From Rubripirellula sp. (GTDB lineage Bacteria; Planctomycetota; Planctomycetia; Pirellulales; Pirellulaceae), in the NCBI GenBank assembly GCA_965216875.1, contig OZ244207.1, positions 3,392,001 through 3,456,000 on the forward strand: a stretch of 64,000 bases of DNA, given 5' to 3'. Below, piece after piece: positions 8,180 through 18,364 of the stretch (position 1 is the stretch's first letter; every line of letters begins with the position of its first letter). The position numbers and the translations under genes were made by a program. The notes beneath the pieces are model-generated. The model made no database searches and was not told where the DNA came from. It was given only the letters and a program-made list of their open reading frames with translations.

Positions 8180-10807
8180 ATGCCACGGCGAACGATTCTT
8201 TGGATCACCGCGACCCTCTTCCTCGCCATGCCTGTGTTTGGGCAATCAGAACCCTCCACACTTGATCAAGCGCGCAAGAAGGGACTGGATTCCTCACAGT
8301 ATCGAACGCAAACAAGCGATTCGAAACCTGAGCAGGCGCCAGCGGCCAACCTCGACGAATTCAACCGTACGGTGCTACCGCTACTTCGTGACGCTTGCTT
8401 TGAATGTCATGGTGAATCCAACCAGGAAGGTGAATTCCGAGTCGACACACTCGACCCCAATCTCCTTAGTGGAAAAGACACCGCATGGTGGGTCGAAGTC
8501 TTTGACGTCCTCAGTAAAGGCGAAATGCCTCCCGAAGGCGAGGAGCTATTGAGTGGGGCCGGACGAAGCCAAATCATCGAATGGTTGTCATCAGAACTTC
8601 AGGTTGCATCCCAGGTCGCGCGGACCGAGCAAGGGCATTCCTCGTTTCGACGGCTGACGCGTTACGAATACAACTACGCGTTGCAGGACTTACTAGGGCT
8701 TCCTTATGACTTTGCCAAAGACCTTCCGCCCGAAACCGTTTCGGAAGATGGCTTTCTGAACAGCTCCGAGATGCTTCAACTTTCATCGATGCAATTCGAG
8801 ACCTATCGCGAGGCCGCACGTGCCGCATTGCGAAAGGCAACGGTCCGCGGCGAACAACCGCAACCGATCTTCTACGGCATCACCATGGAAGAAGGTCTTG
8901 AGAAAGAAATTCAGAAATTCGAATCCGATCTTGAAAACCTTCGCAAGCGATTCGCTGATGATCCGGAAAAGCTTGAAGCGGAAATCGCCAAACGAAAAAA
9001 CAGCGGAACACGTGGCGTTCACTACAAGAACCTTGAAACGGGATTCGCAACCCAGGCACGTTGGAGCTACAACGGCGCACGCTACGCCCGCACTCCCGTT
9101 GATGAGCGACCGGATGTACCAGGATCACAACCGGTCGTTGCGGTCATCCCGTACCAACAACGCTTGATCGTCGACCTCGGCGATCACCTTCCCGCCTCGG
9201 GATCGATGCGTCTTCGAATTCGCGCCGGCAAGACATCAACACACAAGGGCGCGCCGGCATCGTTGCGGGTGATCTTTGGACACCAAGCGAGCAACAACTC
9301 GCGCGCCGATGAGCGGGTGGGCACCGTCGACATTCCAATCACTGCTGAAACCGAGGCACCCGAGTTTTACACGTTTGATGTCCCACTCGGTGAAGTCGTT
9401 CGCAATCCCTTTCGTGGGATCCAGGAACTTGGGATGACACCCAATCCAGCCGAATACGTGATGCTTCACAACACTTCGGACCCGATGGCTACGATCCAGA
9501 TTGACTATATCGAGATCATAACGCCGCACTTCGAGAGCTGGCCAACGAAGTCCCATCGCAACGTCTTTCCCCAACGTCAAACAGGGATCGACGATCAAAC
9601 TTACTCGCGTGAGGTGATCACCAATTTCATGCGGCGTGCTTGGCGGCGAACACCTACCGAAGCTGAAATCAACCAAAAGCTTGCGTTATCGCAAAAGCTA
9701 AGGCCTCATTGCAAAGACCTGGAAGAAACACTAGTGAACGTGCTGGCGGAAGTGCTGTCGTCACCAAAGTTTCTCTACATCGTCACGTCAAAGTCCAAGC
9801 AACATGATTTCGAACTGGCGACTCGTTTGTCGATGTTCCTATGGTCAAGTCTCCCCGACCGTCCGCTGATCGAAGCGGCCGAGGCGGGCAAGCTTTCCGA
9901 CGAAAAGGAATTGCGGCGACAAGTTGATCGGATGCTTGATGATCCGCGTGCAAATCGATTTGCCAAGCACTTCGTCCGACAATGGCTCGGCATGCAATTG
10001 ATGGATCATTTGCAGATTCACCGTGACCTTCGCGATTCGATGCACCAAGAACCGATCGCCTACTTTCGAGAGGTCCTCAAGAGCGACGCCAGCATCATTG
10101 ATTTCTTGCACTCCGACTATGCGGTCGTCGACGGCAAACTCGCCCGTCACTACGGAATCCAGGGAGTCGTCGGCAATGAATTTCGTCGCGTCTCCCTTGA
10201 GAAGGAAAAGCGTCGTGGCGGGCTTTTGACACAGGCTGGCCTGCTCGCCATGAACTCCGATGGCAAAGACTCGCACCCGCTGAAGCGAGGCATCTGGTTG
10301 CTCGAAAAAGTGCTGAACGATCCTCCGCCACCGCCACCGCCCGCGGTGCCTGAGATCGACTTGAGCGACCCTAACATCCTCAAACTGTCGCTAAAGGAGC
10401 GCATGGAAGATCACCGCAATGACCCTGCCTGCATGTCATGCCACCAACGCATCGATCCCTGGGGCATCGCGTTTGAGAACTTTGATGCCCAGGGACGATT
10501 TCGCACCAAGATCGGCGGCAAGCCAGTCGATGCGCATGCACTGCTATTCAACAAACAACCGCTCGACGGAATTGACGGACTGAAGCGTTACTTACTTGAA
10601 AACCGTCAGGACCAATTCGCTCGTGCGATGACTTTTAAACTCATGACCTACGCACTTGGCCGACCGATGGCCTTTGCCGACCGAGCGGAACTGGACAAAA
10701 TCACCGCAAAATGCCGTGCCGAAGGGGACGGATTGCGCAGTCTCGTCCATTTGATCGTTGCAAGTGATCTGTTTCGTCAGGACGACGTTTCATCTATGAT
10801 TGAGTAA
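8180..10807 (+). CDS. DUF1592/DUF1588/DUF1587-type planctomycete cytochrome c domain protein
   Basis: CFECH and CMSCH heme motifs; RRLTRYEYNY, ELATRLSMFLW, SHPLKRGIW, PPPPPP, AFENFDAQG. Confidence 0.9.
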   Translation: MPRRTILWITATLFLAMPVFGQSEPSTLDQARKKGLDSSQYRTQTSDSKPEQAPAANLDEFNRTVLPLLRDACFECHGESNQEGEFRVDTLDPNLLSGKDTAWWVEVFDVLSKGEMPPEGEELLSGAGRSQIIEWLSSELQVASQVARTEQGHSSFRRLTRYEYNYALQDLLGLPYDFAKDLPPETVSEDGFLNSSEMLQLSSMQFETYREAARAALRKATVRGEQPQPIFYGITMEEGLEKEIQKFESDLENLRKRFADDPEKLEAEIAKRKNSGTRGVHYKNLETGFATQARWSYNGARYARTPVDERPDVPGSQPVVAVIPYQQRLIVDLGDHLPASGSMRLRIRAGKTSTHKGAPASLRVIFGHQASNNSRADERVGTVDIPITAETEAPEFYTFDVPLGEVVRNPFRGIQELGMTPNPAEYVMLHNTSDPMATIQIDYIEIITPHFESWPTKSHRNVFPQRQTGIDDQTYSREVITNFMRRAWRRTPTEAEINQKLALSQKLRPHCKDLEETLVNVLAEVLSSPKFLYIVTSKSKQHDFELATRLSMFLWSSLPDRPLIEAAEAGKLSDEKELRRQVDRMLDDPRANRFAKHFVRQWLGMQLMDHLQIHRDLRDSMHQEPIAYFREVLKSDASIIDFLHSDYAVVDGKLARHYGIQGVVGNEFRRVSLEKEKRRGGLLTQAGLLAMNSDGKDSHPLKRGIWLLEKVLNDPPPPPPPAVPEIDLSDPNILKLSLKERMEDHRNDPACMSCHQRIDPWGIAFENFDAQGRFRTKIGGKPVDAHALLFNKQPLDGIDGLKRYLLENRQDQFARAMTFKLMTYALGRPMAFADRAELDKITAKCRAEGDGLRSLVHLIVASDLFRQDDVSSMIE

Positions 10808-10945
10808 ACCAGCCCTCCACAGAATCCTCCCACCCCATTGCCGCCGCAGCTCCAATACCGCTGCGACCTGAGTTGGCATCACGACCTGGTCACCATTCAG
10901 AACGTCATGCTCTCTCGGTCGGCTTCCATGCTCCCACCAACACGC

Positions 10946-12343
10946 ATGAATACAAAACTCAACCAACTTGATCGCCGTCGGTTTCTTCGCGGGACGGGTG
11001 TTGCACTGGCGCTGCCCTGGTTCGAGTCCGCTTTGGCCGTCGGATCAGAAGCCAAGTCAAGCAAGCGGCGTTTCGCAGCGTTCTATCTTCCCGATGGCGT
11101 CCCCATGCCGAGGAAAGAGGATACTGCCCATCACGATTGGAGTTGGTTCCCGCATGGTTCCGGCACCGATTTTCAATTGACCAAATGCCTCGAGCCGCTT
11201 GAACCACTTCGCAGCAACCTCACGATCCTCAGCGGCCTGTCACACCCAGCCGTGCGAAACGTCCACGGGCATTCCAACGCGGATCAATTCTTGACGGGCG
11301 CCGACACCGGCCCCGGCGGTGACTACCAAAACAGCATCTCGCTCGACCAGGTGATGGCCGCCGAAACGGGACGGCACACGCGTTATTCGTCGCTTGTCCT
11401 TTCCACCGACGGTGGCACCGGTTCACCGCGTGGCGCTCAAACCATGTCGTTCAATCAAAGTGGACGCCCCATCCCTGCTGAACATCGACCCAAACGCATC
11501 TTTGACATGCTGTTCGTCAAGAGTGGCGAAGATGCGGCGCAACGTTTGGCGATGAGTCAATCGGCGCTCGACGATTTGCTCGAAGATGCTCGTTCATTGC
11601 AACGAACCCTTTCCAAACACGACCAAGATACCCTCGACCAATACTTGCAATCGGTTCGCGAAACCGAAGTCAAAGTTGAAAAGGCCAAACGTTGGTTGAA
11701 CATCCCGCTGCCAACGGTGAACGTTGACCACTTGAAACTCGACATCACTCCCGAAGAGCCGCGCGGTTATCTAAGGACGATGTACGAGTTGATGTACCTC
11801 GCCTTCCAAACCGATTCCACCCGAGTCGCCACCTACCAACTCGGTCGCGAGAACGGGGTGGGCGTGAGCGATTACTTGGCTCGCGCCGTCGGCTTCAATT
11901 TGACGCACCAGCTCAGCCACAAAACCAAAGAACCGGATGGCTGGAAGAACTTCGGCACCTATTGCCGCTTCCTCGCCGAAGAGCTTGGCAATTTCGCGAC
12001 GCGACTCAACGAGACTCCCGAACCCGGTGGCCAGGGAACGATGCTCGACAACACCGTCCTGCTGTTTGGCTCAGCTTCGAGCGCGTTCCATCTCTCGCGC
12101 AACTATCCATTGATCCTGCTTGGTGGCAAGAACATGGGCTACCGCCACGGACAATACCTCAAGTACGGCAGTGGCAACGAAGACCACCAACTTGGCGCCG
12201 GCATTCGAACCGACGCTGGTTGGCGTGGCGAGATGACTTGGCAAGAAGGGCCGCTATCGGACCTTTACCTCACCATGCTGCACAAGTTCGGCATCCAAGC
12301 AAACAGCTTCGGCGGCAGCACCAACACACTCAGCGAAGTGTAG
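10946..12343 (+). CDS. DUF1552 domain protein
   Basis: Tat-like DRRRFLRGTGVALALPWFES; SISLDQV; MLDNTVLLFGS; lies directly downstream of the DUF1592 gene. Confidence 0.9.
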   Translation: MNTKLNQLDRRRFLRGTGVALALPWFESALAVGSEAKSSKRRFAAFYLPDGVPMPRKEDTAHHDWSWFPHGSGTDFQLTKCLEPLEPLRSNLTILSGLSHPAVRNVHGHSNADQFLTGADTGPGGDYQNSISLDQVMAAETGRHTRYSSLVLSTDGGTGSPRGAQTMSFNQSGRPIPAEHRPKRIFDMLFVKSGEDAAQRLAMSQSALDDLLEDARSLQRTLSKHDQDTLDQYLQSVRETEVKVEKAKRWLNIPLPTVNVDHLKLDITPEEPRGYLRTMYELMYLAFQTDSTRVATYQLGRENGVGVSDYLARAVGFNLTHQLSHKTKEPDGWKNFGTYCRFLAEELGNFATRLNETPEPGGQGTMLDNTVLLFGSASSAFHLSRNYPLILLGGKNMGYRHGQYLKYGSGNEDHQLGAGIRTDAGWRGEMTWQEGPLSDLYLTMLHKFGIQANSFGGSTNTLSEV

Positions 12344-12357
12344 CGGCTGCGGTTTTT

Positions 12358-12527
12358 GTGAGCGAACGCGCTAGCGTCGGGCCTTGCCATCGACGACGCG
12401 CATGCGAACACTCGTCATGCGGAGCATGACCTACTAAAGGACGCGGAGCGTCCCAAGAGTGCGTTACCACGCTGAGCGTGGTAACGAGGCTCGGTTTCTG
12501 TGAGCCGAACGCGCTAGCGTCGGGCCT
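12358..12527. repeat. Composite REP cluster A-B-C-A
   Basis: A 12358-12384; B (GTCATGCGGAGCATGACCTAC) 12414-12434; C two-hairpin element 12439-12489; A 12500-12527. Confidence 0.85.
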
Positions 12528-12551
12528 TACTAACGCGGCCAACAACCTGAA

Positions 12552-14309
12552 TCATGCCACGACTCCATCCCTGCTCCGCGGACCGTTGAGCATCCGACCG
12601 ATGAGCGTGTAGCGGACTCCGTATCGGTACGTCAGCAACAAGAAGCCCGACACCGCGATGGTGATGCCGACGAACTTCAACGGCGTCGGAAGCGGGCTGT
12701 CCTTGACGTACCACTGAGCAACCAAAATCAACGGCAAGTGTGCAAGGTACAACCAATAGGAAGAATCGGAGAGGTACCGCATCGATTTGCTTTCCTTACT
12801 CAACGTCCGCCGACACAACCCGATCAAACCGAAGGTCATTAACCACGCGTAAAGTGCCTGCAAAAAGTTCGACACGACTCCAGCGACCGATGCGCTGGCG
12901 GGCAGTGAAACGAAATTCACCGTGTCCGAAACAAGATCGAGACCGATCGGCAAGACAACAAGCATCGCGACGCCAAGCATGGTCGGCCAGTGGCGTCCAA
13001 GCTTGCCATCGGTATCGTTCATTTCCCAGTAGAGCGAGCCGAAGAAAAAGAAGATTCCGTAGTAGGCCAGCACACTCGGAATCGGAAGCATACCGACGGA
13101 GGGATCAGGCCCAAAGGTGCTCGGGTCCATCAAGGACTGTGGCAACATCGTCAGCGGCACGAGCCAAAGGAGACTCAGTGGCGAACAAACGAACCACGCG
13201 GGAAGCCGAGTGATCCTCAAGCGATCGGCAACCAACGCGTAAAGGACGAATGCCACGATCAACCAGCACAGAAACCACAAGAACCACAGATGCATAAAGA
13301 TGGGCAATTGAAACAACAGCCCGTGGAGAGATTCCCAAGCCGTCTGTCCCGAACCGCTGGGTGACCCAAGGTATTCCGTGACTTCCATCTGTTCCGCGAT
13401 CTCGGCTCGAGCAGCCTTCAACGCTTCCTCATCGAGCTGCAATCCAAAAGATGCGGCAATGAAGCTGGTCGTTCCGAAATCAAGTTTCAGCAGGTCCTTT
13501 GGCGTTTGGCCATTTGCGTCGAGCGCGTCCACATCGGCACCGGCTTGCAACAGCAGTTTGGCCGCTTCCGCTCGCCCAACAAACGCGGCACTATGAAGTG
13601 CCGTCCCCTGATCGCCGTTTCGTTGACGAACATCAACGCCCTGGTCAATGAGCATCTCGACCATCTCGGTGTGTCCAAGAAAGACCGCGACGGTCAACAT
13701 CGTTGCACCGTCATTGCTCACCGCATCGACCGCGATTTCCGAGGTTTGGATAGCGTCACGTACGCGGTTGGTTTCGCCCGCGACAATCGCCTCCCAAACC
13801 ATCGCGTCTGCGGCCGGCGTCTCAGAGGGACGATTCACGAACATGATCGCGGCCCACATGGCCGGAATCACGGTGAAAAGCCCGAGCAATAGAGGGAGAG
13901 CGATCCGCTTAAGGCGTTGCTTGATCAACCCGCCGAGACCGCGTTTGCGCCAGAGCATTGCGGTGAAAAATCCGCTAAGCATGAAGAACAGTGGCATCCG
14001 AAATCCGTGGATCGCCGAGAATATCACGTCGTAGATTTCGCTCTGATGCGAGTCCTTGACGGTCCACGGGATCGTCGAGAAAGACAATGCCGCGTGCAGC
14101 ACGATGCCTAACAACATGGCGCCCGCTCGTAAGGCATCGAGGTCGTGCCGCCGATCAATCGCGGGTGCGACGCGATTCGCATCATTGTCTTCAACGTCGA
14201 CCGAAAAAGTCTCCTTGGTCGGCGCGGCTTCGAGCGGCCTGTCGATAGTGGGGGATGATGTATTGATAACGAAGTCCTCGTTTGAGTTAGGAAACAATTC
14301 AGGAAACAA
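12552..14309 (-). CDS. Acyltransferase family 3 (OpgC-like) with inserted ankyrin repeats
   Basis: RRHDLDALRA, HGFRMPLFFMLSGFF, HLWFL, SYWLYLAHLP; ankyrin repeats GATMLTVAVFLGHTEMVEMLI and GTALHSAAFVGRAEAAKLLLQAGAD. Start uncertain (TTG at 14309 chosen). Confidence 0.85.
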   Translation of the reverse strand: MFPELFPNSNEDFVINTSSPTIDRPLEAAPTKETFSVDVEDNDANRVAPAIDRRHDLDALRAGAMLLGIVLHAALSFSTIPWTVKDSHQSEIYDVIFSAIHGFRMPLFFMLSGFFTAMLWRKRGLGGLIKQRLKRIALPLLLGLFTVIPAMWAAIMFVNRPSETPAADAMVWEAIVAGETNRVRDAIQTSEIAVDAVSNDGATMLTVAVFLGHTEMVEMLIDQGVDVRQRNGDQGTALHSAAFVGRAEAAKLLLQAGADVDALDANGQTPKDLLKLDFGTTSFIAASFGLQLDEEALKAARAEIAEQMEVTEYLGSPSGSGQTAWESLHGLLFQLPIFMHLWFLWFLCWLIVAFVLYALVADRLRITRLPAWFVCSPLSLLWLVPLTMLPQSLMDPSTFGPDPSVGMLPIPSVLAYYGIFFFFGSLYWEMNDTDGKLGRHWPTMLGVAMLVVLPIGLDLVSDTVNFVSLPASASVAGVVSNFLQALYAWLMTFGLIGLCRRTLSKESKSMRYLSDSSYWLYLAHLPLILVAQWYVKDSPLPTPLKFVGITIAVSGFLLLTYRYGVRYTLIGRMLNGPRSRDGVVA

Positions 14310-14386
14310 CGGGCGCGCAGAACGATCCCACGAAATGGATTGAGGGGCATCACGAGATGCAGAGCGAAGAGAACCGCGAGAGTCCG

Positions 14387-16162
14387 CTACTGGATTTGAG
14401 CGTCTTCGATTTCTTTGAGCGTCGTGTAGGCGTTGAACAAACTGCCGCCCACATGACTCTTTTGCCATTGATTCGGACCATCGGCCCGTTGAGCACGAAT
14501 TGCGAACCAATAGGTCACGACCAAACCAATCACGCCAACGACGATCGATGGGTACAAGCAAGTCGGATACATGACCGCGTCAAACCCAACGCTAACGCAA
14601 AGTGGTAGCCACAACAGCCACCACGGAAGTCCGAGCACGAGTCCCAGCCAAAGGTATGCCTTCCTGACAAGGGCGAGACGTTCACGTATCTGATCCACTG
14701 GCTGGGCATAATCGATACGGTTGATCTTCGTGCAGACGTTCGCAGCCGACGCGATCACCAAGACTCCGTACACGTGCATGATCAATCCGCTCACCAACCG
14801 GTGTGCCACGTCGGTGTTTCGTGCCCAGCATTGGGCTCCCACCGCAATGATCGCAACACCCGCGAAAATCTGAAGGAGCTGCCAACGAAAAAGGGGACGC
14901 AACGCCATGCGGACGCGATCCATCAGTTCACGACGCGTCACGAGAAGTCTCGCCGCCAACTCTTGCTGCTGAAGGCTAGCGTTCGGCGTCGGAATCGCCG
15001 ATTTGTGATCACCTTCTGGACCGGCCGTCGCGAGAACTTCCGTTGGCGCCAACGACGGATTGTCACTCGAAGTGATCGTTTGAACGTCCGACTTGATCTG
15101 GCTTACGTTTTGGTAGCGACGTTTGGGTTCCTTTTCGAGGGTACGCAAAACGACTTCATCGAGTCGCACATCGATTTCGACTTTTTGCGATGGCACAGCG
15201 AAACGTCCGATGGGAAGCTCGCCGGTCAACATTTCGTAGAACACGACGCCAAGCGAATAGATATCGGCGCGATGGTCAACGCTGCGAGCGCCTTCGAGTT
15301 GCTCGGGTGCCATGTACCTTGGCGTGCCCATGACTTGATGAGTACGCGTGAGAATGGTCGGCTGCGCATCATTGCTAAGAATTCGCGAAAGACCAAAGTC
15401 CGCGATTTTGACCGTACCGTCTTTGGTCATCAAGATATTCTCGGGCTTGATGTCGCGATGAATCACACCCTTGTCGTGGGCGAATTGCAGTGCGTCACAA
15501 AGGTGTGGCACGATCGTCAGCGCATGTTCAGGAGCGAGCTGGCCGGCGCCGACAACGTCGCGAAGGGTTGGCCCGTCGACGAATTCCATCAAGAAGTAGT
15601 AGGTGTCTTGGACTTTCCCGAACTCAAACAATGAGACGATGTTCGGGTGATTGAGCTTCGCCAAGGTCCGCGCTTCACGCGTGAATCGCAAAGCGAATTT
15701 CACATCGTGCCCAAACTCTTCAGGAAGAATCTTGAGAGCCACCGTGCGATCAAGTCCTTCTTGGCGTGCCTTGTAGACAGCCCCCATGCCGCCGGCGCCG
15801 AGAAGTTCGATGATCTCGAGGTTTGGAAACAACTCCGCCATCTTGCCGATCGTCGGTGGCGTGAACGGCCCGGTCGGCTTTTTGTCCTCGTCGAGAGCCT
15901 CGTTGATGGTTTGCAGGTGGCTGGGGAACCGGTCAATGAACTCCTGCTTGTTCGGCTGGTCACCGCGGCGGCGACGATAATCGATTTCCAGAACAATGAG
16001 TTCGGCGAGCAGAACATCTCGCTCGGCCTCACTCACATCCTCGGTCAAAACTGATTCGATCGTCTGTGGCTCGCCTGATTGCCATTGTTGCTCAAACGCG
16101 GCGCACAGGTCATCAATCCGTTCGAGAGCCGCGATCGGAAGTTTCTTGTGTCGAACGTTCAT
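14387..16162 (-). CDS. Hanks-type Ser/Thr protein kinase with C-terminal multi-TM domain
   Basis: LGAGGMGAVY, VALK, HRDIKPEN, DFG, GTPRYMAPE; about 4 hydrophobic segments at the C-terminus. Confidence 0.93.
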   Translation of the reverse strand: MNVRHKKLPIAALERIDDLCAAFEQQWQSGEPQTIESVLTEDVSEAERDVLLAELIVLEIDYRRRRGDQPNKQEFIDRFPSHLQTINEALDEDKKPTGPFTPPTIGKMAELFPNLEIIELLGAGGMGAVYKARQEGLDRTVALKILPEEFGHDVKFALRFTREARTLAKLNHPNIVSLFEFGKVQDTYYFLMEFVDGPTLRDVVGAGQLAPEHALTIVPHLCDALQFAHDKGVIHRDIKPENILMTKDGTVKIADFGLSRILSNDAQPTILTRTHQVMGTPRYMAPEQLEGARSVDHRADIYSLGVVFYEMLTGELPIGRFAVPSQKVEIDVRLDEVVLRTLEKEPKRRYQNVSQIKSDVQTITSSDNPSLAPTEVLATAGPEGDHKSAIPTPNASLQQQELAARLLVTRRELMDRVRMALRPLFRWQLLQIFAGVAIIAVGAQCWARNTDVAHRLVSGLIMHVYGVLVIASAANVCTKINRIDYAQPVDQIRERLALVRKAYLWLGLVLGLPWWLLWLPLCVSVGFDAVMYPTCLYPSIVVGVIGLVVTYWFAIRAQRADGPNQWQKSHVGGSLFNAYTTLKEIEDAQIQ

Positions 16163-16754
16163 CGTTTTCGAACAGTTCCTGCTGGCATTTTTCGCGAATG
16201 AGGTGCAATCGACGCTCAATTGTCCTCTCGGAACACTCGAAACGCTCGGCAAGTTCGGCGTTCGAGTACCCTTCCAATTTGGCTACCGCTAAATCTCGCA
16301 GCTGCCCGACACCGAGATGAGAAAAAAAATGCTCAACCGACTCCTGCATCGTCACGACCATCTCAGGCGACGGCTCGTTGCCAATCACCTCGATGACGGT
16401 TTCATCGTCCCCAGCGAGTGAATGGATCGCGATTTCGCCCCCACGACGCTTCCGCATGTCGCGGCGGCGTTTGTCGATCACCTTGCGAGCTGACATCCGC
16501 AGCAGCAGTTTCCAAAGGTCGTCGCGATCCGACAGATTGGGAAACCGCCCCTCTTCGGCCGCGGCATAAAAACTGTCGAAGACGCTCAGGACAATGTCCT
16601 CTTCGTCAGAAACCGCTCGGTTCTGTCCCCCGAGCCGTCCACGCACCGATCGGACCAAGCGGTCAAAGTAGTGCTGCCACAGCTGATTGGCCGCAGCAGA
16701 ATCACCGTCTTTGACGAGGTCAATCCAATGGCTGACGTTGTTGGGGTCCGACAT
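16113..16754 (-). CDS. ECF-type RNA polymerase sigma factor (planctomycete kinase-associated type)
   Basis: GDSAAANQLWQHYFDRLV, DEEDIVLSVF, DLWKLL, sigma4 HTH LEGYSNAELAERFECSERTIERRL. Confidence 0.9.
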   Translation of the reverse strand: MSDPNNVSHWIDLVKDGDSAAANQLWQHYFDRLVRSVRGRLGGQNRAVSDEEDIVLSVFDSFYAAAEEGRFPNLSDRDDLWKLLLRMSARKVIDKRRRDMRKRRGGEIAIHSLAGDDETVIEVIGNEPSPEMVVTMQESVEHFFSHLGVGQLRDLAVAKLEGYSNAELAERFECSERTIERRLHLIREKCQQELFENDERSTQETSDRGSRTD

Positions 16755-16910
16755 GACAGTTCTGGCGAGCGTAAAGAGTGACGCTGGAAATCACCAACAT
16801 ACTGCAAAACACTCTCGCCTGTTCAGGCTGACACCATTCAGGCAGACCACCATCCTGGAAAGCGACGCTGACCCAAGCAGCCTGCGCGCCGATGCGATAC
16901 CGAGCCAGCC

Positions 16911-18362
16911 CTACGCCAGAATCTGTTTCACAACGTGTGCCGGTTCTTCGACGCCAGTCAAGCGCTGATCAAGTCCTTGGAACTTGAAGGTCAACTTTTG
17001 GTGATCGATCCCCAATTGGTGCAAGATCGTCGCGTTCAAATCACGAATATGAACGCCACCTTCCAAGATGTTGTAGCTGTGTGAGTCGGTAACACCGTAT
17101 TCGAATCCGCGTTTGATCCCGGCACCTGCCATCCAGATCGAGAAGCAGCGTCCATGGTGATCGCGACCGTGATTGTCTTTGGTCAACGAACCTTGCGAGT
17201 AGATCGTTCGTCCGAATTCGCCGCCCCAAATCACAAGCGTGTCGTCGAGCATACCGCGTTGCTTGAGATCGGTGATGAGTCCCGCAGCCGGCTGATCGAT
17301 GTCGCCGCATTGCTGACGAATCTTGGATGGCAGCGATCCGTGTTGGTCCCAACCACGATGGAACAATTGAACGTACCGCACGCCCTTTTCAACCATCCGA
17401 CGAGCCAACAAGCAGTTACGCGCGAAGCTGCCCGGTTTGTCGACATCTTCTCCGTAAAGGTTCCGAACGTGTTCGGTCTCCTGGCCGATATCCATCAGAT
17501 CAGGAACTTCGCTCTGCATTCGGAATGCCATCTCGTACTGCGAAATGCGTGCTTGTGTTTCGGGGTCGCCAAACTTGTCATACGCAAGTTGGTTCAGCTC
17601 ACCAAGGCCATCGAGCATGTCGCGACGCGCGCCCCTGGGAATGCCGGGCGGGTTGTTCAGGTACAACACCGGTTCGCCGCTGCTGCGCAGTTTGACACCT
17701 TGATGTTTGGCCGGCAGAAATCCAGATCCCCATAGTCGGTCGTAGAGAGCCTGCAACTGCCCGCGGCCCCGCGAAATCATGACAATGTAGGCGGGCATGT
17801 TGTCGTTCTCGCTGCCCAATCCATAACTCAGCCAAGCGCCGAGCGCCGGTTTGCCCTGTTGCTGGACGCCCGTATTGATGAACGTGATCGCCGGATCATG
17901 ATTGACCGCTTCGGTATTCATCGATTTGATGATCGTGATGTCGTCCACAATCTTGGACGTGTGTGGCAACAGATCCTTGTTGACCCAGGTACCGTGCTGG
18001 CCAAAACGTTCAAACTCAAACATTGGCGCGACGCACGGAAACGACTTTTGACCACTGGTCATCCCAGTCAATCGCTGACCTTGCCGCACCGAGTCGGGCA
18101 ACTCCTCGCCGTGGAACTTGCGCATTTCCGGCTTGTAGTCGAACGTGTCGATGTGGCTCGGACCACCAGCCATGAACAGATAGATGATCCGCTTCGCTTT
18201 CGGAGCAAAGTTCGGAAAGGTTGCCAGTCCAGGATTCGAGACGCCGCGCGCATGAGCAAGATTGGGCGCGTCATTGCCGAGCAACCCGGAAAGGGCGATT
18301 CCACCGAGGCCGTATCCCGACTTCAGCAACAATTGCCGACGTGATTCAGTTTGCGGGTCCAT
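16911..18362 (-). CDS. DUF1501 domain protein
   Basis: [57 protein letters not shown]. Confidence 0.92.
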   Translation of the reverse strand: MDPQTESRRQLLLKSGYGLGGIALSGLLGNDAPNLAHARGVSNPGLATFPNFAPKAKRIIYLFMAGGPSHIDTFDYKPEMRKFHGEELPDSVRQGQRLTGMTSGQKSFPCVAPMFEFERFGQHGTWVNKDLLPHTSKIVDDITIIKSMNTEAVNHDPAITFINTGVQQQGKPALGAWLSYGLGSENDNMPAYIVMISRGRGQLQALYDRLWGSGFLPAKHQGVKLRSSGEPVLYLNNPPGIPRGARRDMLDGLGELNQLAYDKFGDPETQARISQYEMAFRMQSEVPDLMDIGQETEHVRNLYGEDVDKPGSFARNCLLARRMVEKGVRYVQLFHRGWDQHGSLPSKIRQQCGDIDQPAAGLITDLKQRGMLDDTLVIWGGEFGRTIYSQGSLTKDNHGRDHHGRCFSIWMAGAGIKRGFEYGVTDSHSYNILEGGVHIRDLNATILHQLGIDHQKLTFKFQGLDQRLTGVEEPAHVVKQILA

Positions 18363-18364
18363 GT

